Assembly: GCF_028641065.1 (NCBI RefSeq)
Contig: NC_073387.1
Location: 21,762,001 to 21,826,000 of the forward strand
DNA length: 64,000 bases
Direction of reading: 5' to 3'
Source of the DNA: Leucoraja erinacea
Lineage: Eukaryota
Position 1 is the first letter of the stretch, and each line of letters begins with the position of its first letter. Positions 58,948 through 64,000 of the stretch are shown here, in pieces. Position numbers and translations under genes: made by a program. The notes below the pieces were generated by a model, which was given only the letters and a program-made list of their open reading frames with translations, was not told the origin of the DNA and did no database searches.

Positions 58948-61338
58948 TTAGCATTGGGCCTGAGACGTGGGACTGCTGTAGGGCTTCATAAAGAGAAAAT
59001 CGCTCTTGGCCGACTCTGGAGACAGACAAACCGAATAAGTGTTCGCCTCAGGCACGCGGACCACTCGACCAGTCGTAGGATAGCGCAACGTTTCATCCAT
59101 GACAGGGGTTCTGTGAAATGTATCGTGCGATTCTCCACGGTTGTAACAAAAGCGTCTTGAATTATATTCTTGGGGGATACTCATGTTCTGTTTACATTTA
59201 ATGACAATGAGCAGAATGATCATTACTAGAAAGAGAGCGGTAGTACAACCGAAAATAATAATTAAATACATATTTAAGTCAGTGAACTGATCTGATCTTC
59301 TTAATAAGCTGTCACTTCCAAACACATTTTCAGTGATGTTCTCCAAAACTGTAATGTAAATTGTAGCCGTGCTTGATAGGCTTGGCTGCCCGTTATCTTT
59401 AACCAAGATAACGAGCGTTTGAGCAATGGTGTCGGACTGCAACATATTGCGCGCAATTCTGATTTCACCGGAGTTTCGCCCAACATTGAACAAATTGGGA
59501 GTAGTCGATTTCACCATCTGATAAAAGAGCCGAGCGTTCTGACCAGAATCTGCATCGGTTGCCATTATCTTGGTGACCAGGTACCCTTGGCCAGCTGACT
59601 GGGGCACGATCTCCGCTACTGCTGATCCACTCTGTTCAGAAGCAATTACCGGAGGGTTGTCATTTTGATCCAGAATGATCACATTCACCGTGGCGCTGCT
59701 GCTTAATGGAGGCATCCCGGCGTCACGGGCTTGTACACGGATCTGGAAGTTTTTACGTTTTTCATAGTCAAAAGAGCGCAGCCCGTAAATGGTGCCGTTA
59801 ATTGAGTTAATGCTGAGGTAAGTGGACACAGGCAAGTCCAGTATAATATCGTCCTGCAAGGAGTATGAAACATAAGAATTCTGGTCCAGATCTGGATCCG
59901 TTGCAGTTATTGCGAAAATAGAAGCACCCGGAGCGTTATTCTCCATCACGTATAAGTTGTAGGATAGTTCAGCAAAACGCGGGGCGTTGTCGTTTACATC
60001 AGATATTGTAATCTGGATGGTTTTATTTCTTGATAGAGAAGGCGACCCAAAATCCTGAGCAATAAAACGTACTTTATACTCAGCGACAGCTTCACGATCC
60101 AACGGTTCACTTGTTATCAACTCATAATGATTTTTCGATGACGTTCGAAGTCTAAAGGGAAGATTTGTCGCGATGTTACATTGAAATTGGCCGTTTTCTC
60201 CAGAGTCGCGATCAATAACATTGATCAAAGTTACTAAAGTTCCCGGTGGAGCATTTTCTGGGACATTCCTCACAACAGGTGTCACTTTTATCTCGGGTGC
60301 ATTGTCGTTTTCATCAATTATATCGATCAAGACTTGAGCGTGCCCGCTGATTGCAGGTGATCCGTGGTCCACAGCTTGCAAATTCAGAGAATAACTGTTT
60401 GATTCTTCAAAATCTATTCCTCCATGAACCCTAATCTCCCCTGTATAAGGATCCAAACGAAACGATTTGAGATCTCTTGCTGAAGCAACGTTGCTGAAAG
60501 AATATGTTAATTCAGCATTCAAACCTTCGTCCAAATCACTTGCTCTGATTTTCAGTACCACGGTACCTTGGGGTGCGTTTTCTCTTACGCTGACCTTGTT
60601 AATTTCATGCTGAAATACTGGTGGGTTATCGTTCACGTCCCCTACAGTAATGAGAATCTGAGTTGTGCCAGATCTCTCAGGTGTCCCGCCATCAATCGCC
60701 GTCAGTACTAGATGCAAGTCTACCTGCAGCTCCCTGTCCAATGGTTTATCTAACTGTAACTCGGCATTTACCACACCGGGAGCAATTCTCTGCGATTTTA
60801 GAATAAAATATTCGTTGGAACTGATCGTGTAAGAAACGACAGTATTTAGTCCAATATCTGGATCATTAGCGCTCTTGAGGGGAAAGCACGCACCAGGTGC
60901 AATCGCTTCGGATATCTGCAAGGCAATGCTGCTATCCTGGAATGTGGGGGGATTGTCATTTACATCAAGAATCTCCACTTCCCCACGATACACCACCATA
61001 GGTGCTTCCAGTATTAGTTGAAAAGGTATAGTGCACACAGGTTTTTGGTCACAAAGAAGCTCCCTGTCGATTCTTTCACGAACAGACAAAATCCCGTTCT
61101 CCAAATTAACCTTCAGATAATGTCCGCCATCATCGGAGGTTAGTCGCAATTTACGAGCCGACAATTGCAATATATTCAATCTCAAATCTTCAGCGATTTT
61201 CCCAACAAAAGCACCTATCTTCATTTCCTCTGGAATAGAATAGCGAATTTGTCCGAAATTAAGACCAGTGGTACATCCCAAAATAAAGAAAGCAAACCTA
61301 CTGAACGTAATGGCGCTGCCGAGCGCCAGATTCGCCAT
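58948..61338 (-). CDS. Clustered protocadherin, gene 6 (subfamily B), 796 aa
   Basis: Signal peptide; GQIRYSIPEE; C-x5-C (CDQKPVC); six EC repeats; TM MYLIIIFGCTTALFLVMIILLIVI; YSVCLSPESAKSDFLFMKP. Confidence 0.96.
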   Translation of the reverse strand: MANLALGSAITFSRFAFFILGCTTGLNFGQIRYSIPEEMKIGAFVGKIAEDLRLNILQLSARKLRLTSDDGGHYLKVNLENGILSVRERIDRELLCDQKPVCTIPFQLILEAPMVVYRGEVEILDVNDNPPTFQDSSIALQISEAIAPGACFPLKSANDPDIGLNTVVSYTISSNEYFILKSQRIAPGVVNAELQLDKPLDRELQVDLHLVLTAIDGGTPERSGTTQILITVGDVNDNPPVFQHEINKVSVRENAPQGTVVLKIRASDLDEGLNAELTYSFSNVASARDLKSFRLDPYTGEIRVHGGIDFEESNSYSLNLQAVDHGSPAISGHAQVLIDIIDENDNAPEIKVTPVVRNVPENAPPGTLVTLINVIDRDSGENGQFQCNIATNLPFRLRTSSKNHYELITSEPLDREAVAEYKVRFIAQDFGSPSLSRNKTIQITISDVNDNAPRFAELSYNLYVMENNAPGASIFAITATDPDLDQNSYVSYSLQDDIILDLPVSTYLSINSINGTIYGLRSFDYEKRKNFQIRVQARDAGMPPLSSSATVNVIILDQNDNPPVIASEQSGSAVAEIVPQSAGQGYLVTKIMATDADSGQNARLFYQMVKSTTPNLFNVGRNSGEIRIARNMLQSDTIAQTLVILVKDNGQPSLSSTATIYITVLENITENVFGSDSLLRRSDQFTDLNMYLIIIFGCTTALFLVMIILLIVIKCKQNMSIPQEYNSRRFCYNRGESHDTFHRTPVMDETLRYPTTGRVVRVPEANTYSVCLSPESAKSDFLFMKPYSSPTSQAQC

Positions 61339-61540
61339 TATTCCGCGATGAATTCTGTTCTAAACCCGGGCGTCTGCTCAAATAAACTGAAGAACGGATC
61401 TCACCACCGAATTACTTCACCAGTGTGTATACTGTCTGAATACATAAAACCGCGACGATTATCCTGCTCACACCAGGAGTCCACAAGCTGAACCCGCACT
61501 GCTCGCTTCTCACGTCGATTCTGCTCTTTCTTGCTCGAAT

Positions 61541-61648
61541 GTGGGAGGGTCAATGGATCCATCTCTGCGTTTCAGATTCTGATTGGTAAACAGCGACACA
61601 GCCAGTCCCTTTTAATAACTGCATCTGCATTTCTTAAAGCTGGACTGT
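61541..61648 (-). promoter_or_regulatory. Pcdh promoter module, gene 6
   Basis: GGGAGGG, GATC 61556, ATTGG 61582, AGCG 61592, CCAGTCCC, TTAAAGC 61634. Confidence 0.85.
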
Positions 61649-62559
61649 GCTCGCGAAGATTTCAGAGTGTACAACCAGAAATTGTAGTCCCTGATAAATT
61701 AGCTTTTCTATCTATTTTGCAAGTTAAGCCCTCAAAACTAATGATACCAACTTTAGAGGATAATGTAGCTAAAATAATACCATTTGGTGCCGATGCGCCT
61801 TCGGCGTAATATGGGATTAAGAATATTTCATCCAATGCAAGCAACCTGACATACAAACGGCTTGGGCATATAGCATTTTGTTTTTATTAATAATTTTCAA
61901 TGAAATTTATACTACTGCTGCATCACAAGCAAAATAAATCAAGTGAATGATGACCACTTTCAGACTTACAGCAGCTGTCAACAGGTCGAAGTTGATGTTA
62001 GGTAATGTGCCAAATGAACGTACGATATCTCAATATATTAAGTGTCTTCACATTGGATGCAATCAATATAAATTAAACTTGGCTATTAAAAAAATCCATC
62101 TAGAAAACTGAACAGAATTATATTACTATCATGACTCTCACAAATCTCTCGAGTACTGTAATCAAGGATGTTTTAAATATATACTTGTACACTGACTCGA
62201 TCATCTAAACGCGCCGTTCCCTTAACTTTTTATATGCGCAGTGGCAGGACAAATGGATTCATCGTTCTATTTGATATTCTCATTGGTACACTGTGGCATA
62301 ACTGTTCTTTTACATAACTACTTCGACTGTGGATAAAGCTAGACTACTCCTGTTAAATATTTAATCGTGCACAAATACAAAACCTAGTATTTCTTAAGTT
62401 AACAATTCATTTACCTTTGCAACGCCTGCCCTCGATAGTTAGACGTTCTAACAAATATTTAACAGTTTATAACTACAAACCATTGGCATGACACAACTAT
62501 TCAATTTATTTCGCAACATCCTTTTTCAAACCTCATGATTGTAAGATTAGCATCAAGAT

Positions 62560-63560
62560 CGACCTAAAATTACGCAGTTCTAGACAAACATATCTATGAT
62601 GTGGAACAAAATATTTAATCAATTTAAGAGAATTGGGCAAATGAACGTTTTGGGACCACAGTAGAATTCCATAACCGTGGAACCTTAAAGAGGTACTTTT
62701 CACATTCCTTCCAACATAAGTGAAAGAAGAAATGAACTTCCAAAAGAAGATACACGCAGTTGGCGTGTCAGATATTTCGGGCCACTGATACAAATTTCTT
62801 CCAGAACACTCATATCAAGCATCACGCGAAAAAGTATAAAATAATAACGCCGAACTTCAAATTCCGCGGCTTGACAGTGCAGAAATACTTCTGCTATGCC
62901 TTGCAGTTCAGTACTTTTGTGCACTCTGACGGTTGATACTGATTGGGCACATCCTCGAATATTTCTTCCTGGATGAACATTTTATTTGACACACCTCACA
63001 TTACGTGGTTGACTGTGCAGTGCCGAGTTCGCCTGTGTGTCCAGTGCAATGTAACTTATTTTGTTGCACAAATGTCGTCTCAAAGGTAAAACTAATTGCT
63101 GTCAAAACTAGGAAGCGGGCGACCGTGTAACACTATGGGATGATGGAGGAGAAGGCAGGTTTCTCTTCGTAATTCTAACATGCGAAAGTGTTGGCACCCA
63201 AAATTATTCAATAGCGGCTCTAGTTCACATTCATTAATTTTCACAGAATAATTCTAATTCAGATGGTTTATTTCGCATGTGGACCACGTGCGTAAAAATG
63301 ACCGAATGCTGCAAAACTGTGAGAACAGCATTCCAATGGAAGTACAATGGCACAAGCTGAGAAGTTGAAGTTGTATGCACGAATATGCTCCCGAGTGGAA
63401 GATCTACATAAAAAGATTCAGAAGTGTGTACCATGGTGATTCAGTAATGCGAGCTAAAACCTAAGAAGTATCATATTTATAATTTTTGGACTATATTCAA
63501 TCGATGTACGAATCCATGGATTTCACATTTCCAGTAAAAAACAAAACATCAAATCTGAAT
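62560..63560 (-). pseudogene. Highly decayed protocadherin exon ('ghost' 2; 3' part)
   Basis: TGCGAAAGTGTTGGCACCCAAAATTATTC (63181) vs gene 6 TGCGAAAATAGAAGCACCCGGAGCGTTATTC (59911). TAATTCAGATGGTTTATTTC (63255) vs TAATCTGGATGGTTTTATTTC. Peptide relic RV..MSVLEE...FGSSFLLSLML lies at the EC6/TM position. Confidence 0.5.
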
Positions 63561-63864
63561 CCGAGTGTATAATCCTGCTGCGTAATTGGTTAAGCTAGAT
63601 CATATAATGCACTACTTCCATTGCACTGGTCATATACTTCCATTGAAGTATATGACCAGTAATGCACAATTAATTTGCAAATTGACGCAAAATTAAGATT
63701 TGAGTTGGAAGTTCAGAAACTAATAGTAAGCATCGCATCAACATAAACAAATATCAGTTCAATTTCTAGTTACAGCGGGTTTTATTATCGATACACAACA
63801 ATTCACGCCATCTATCGCAGAAAACAAAAACAAACGCAGCGAAAGAACATATTTACCTAATTAT

Positions 63865-64000
63865 ATATTTGATAAGGTTCCGCATGGTAAACCGCTCTCG
63901 AAGGTTAGATCGCATGGGGTCCAATGAGAGCTAGCTGACTCGAGAGAAAATTGATTTCATGGAAGGGAGGGGAGGGTGACTGTGGAATGTTGTTTCTCAG
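63865..64000 (+). mobile_element. CR1 RT fragment (runs off the window)
   Basis: FDKVPHGK...KVRSHG.Q.ELA-type motif. Confidence 0.65.

Overview
Vertebrate genomic DNA, most likely from a cartilaginous fish (skate/ray-like; inferred from HE1/V-type tRNA-SINE, CR1 and Penelope repeats and the protocadherin type). The window holds part of a clustered protocadherin (Pcdh) array. Six tandem minus-strand large exons each encode a signal peptide, six cadherin repeats, a TM segment and a short tail with the VCLSPES(S/A)KSDFL(F/Y)xKP motif. Five are intact (776-796 aa) and one (17023-19405) is broken by a single extra base in a G5 run. They fall into two subfamilies: genes 1-3 and genes 4-6. Each gene has a ~100-bp promoter module 220-260 bp upstream, built around the CGCT-core CSE/CTCF element, with essentially invariant internal spacing. 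All six ORFs end in their own stop codon with no convincing splice donor before it, which suggests constant-exon-independent single-exon genes. Two heavily decayed 'ghost' Pcdh exons seem to lie at ~36.4-38.5 kb (with a promoter relic) and ~62.6-63.6 kb. Intergenic DNA contains a decayed Gypsy pol, CR1, L2-group and Rex1/Babar-like LINE fragments, and many Penelope-like terminal fragments carrying minimal hammerhead-ribozyme cores (some fold-back, one fused to a tRNA-SINE). It also contains two copies of a ~1.1-kb non-coding retroelement with an internal GC-rich VNTR. Two N gaps and a deletion-riddled tandem duplicate point to local assembly problems. All alignments were done by eye; repeat boundaries are approximate.
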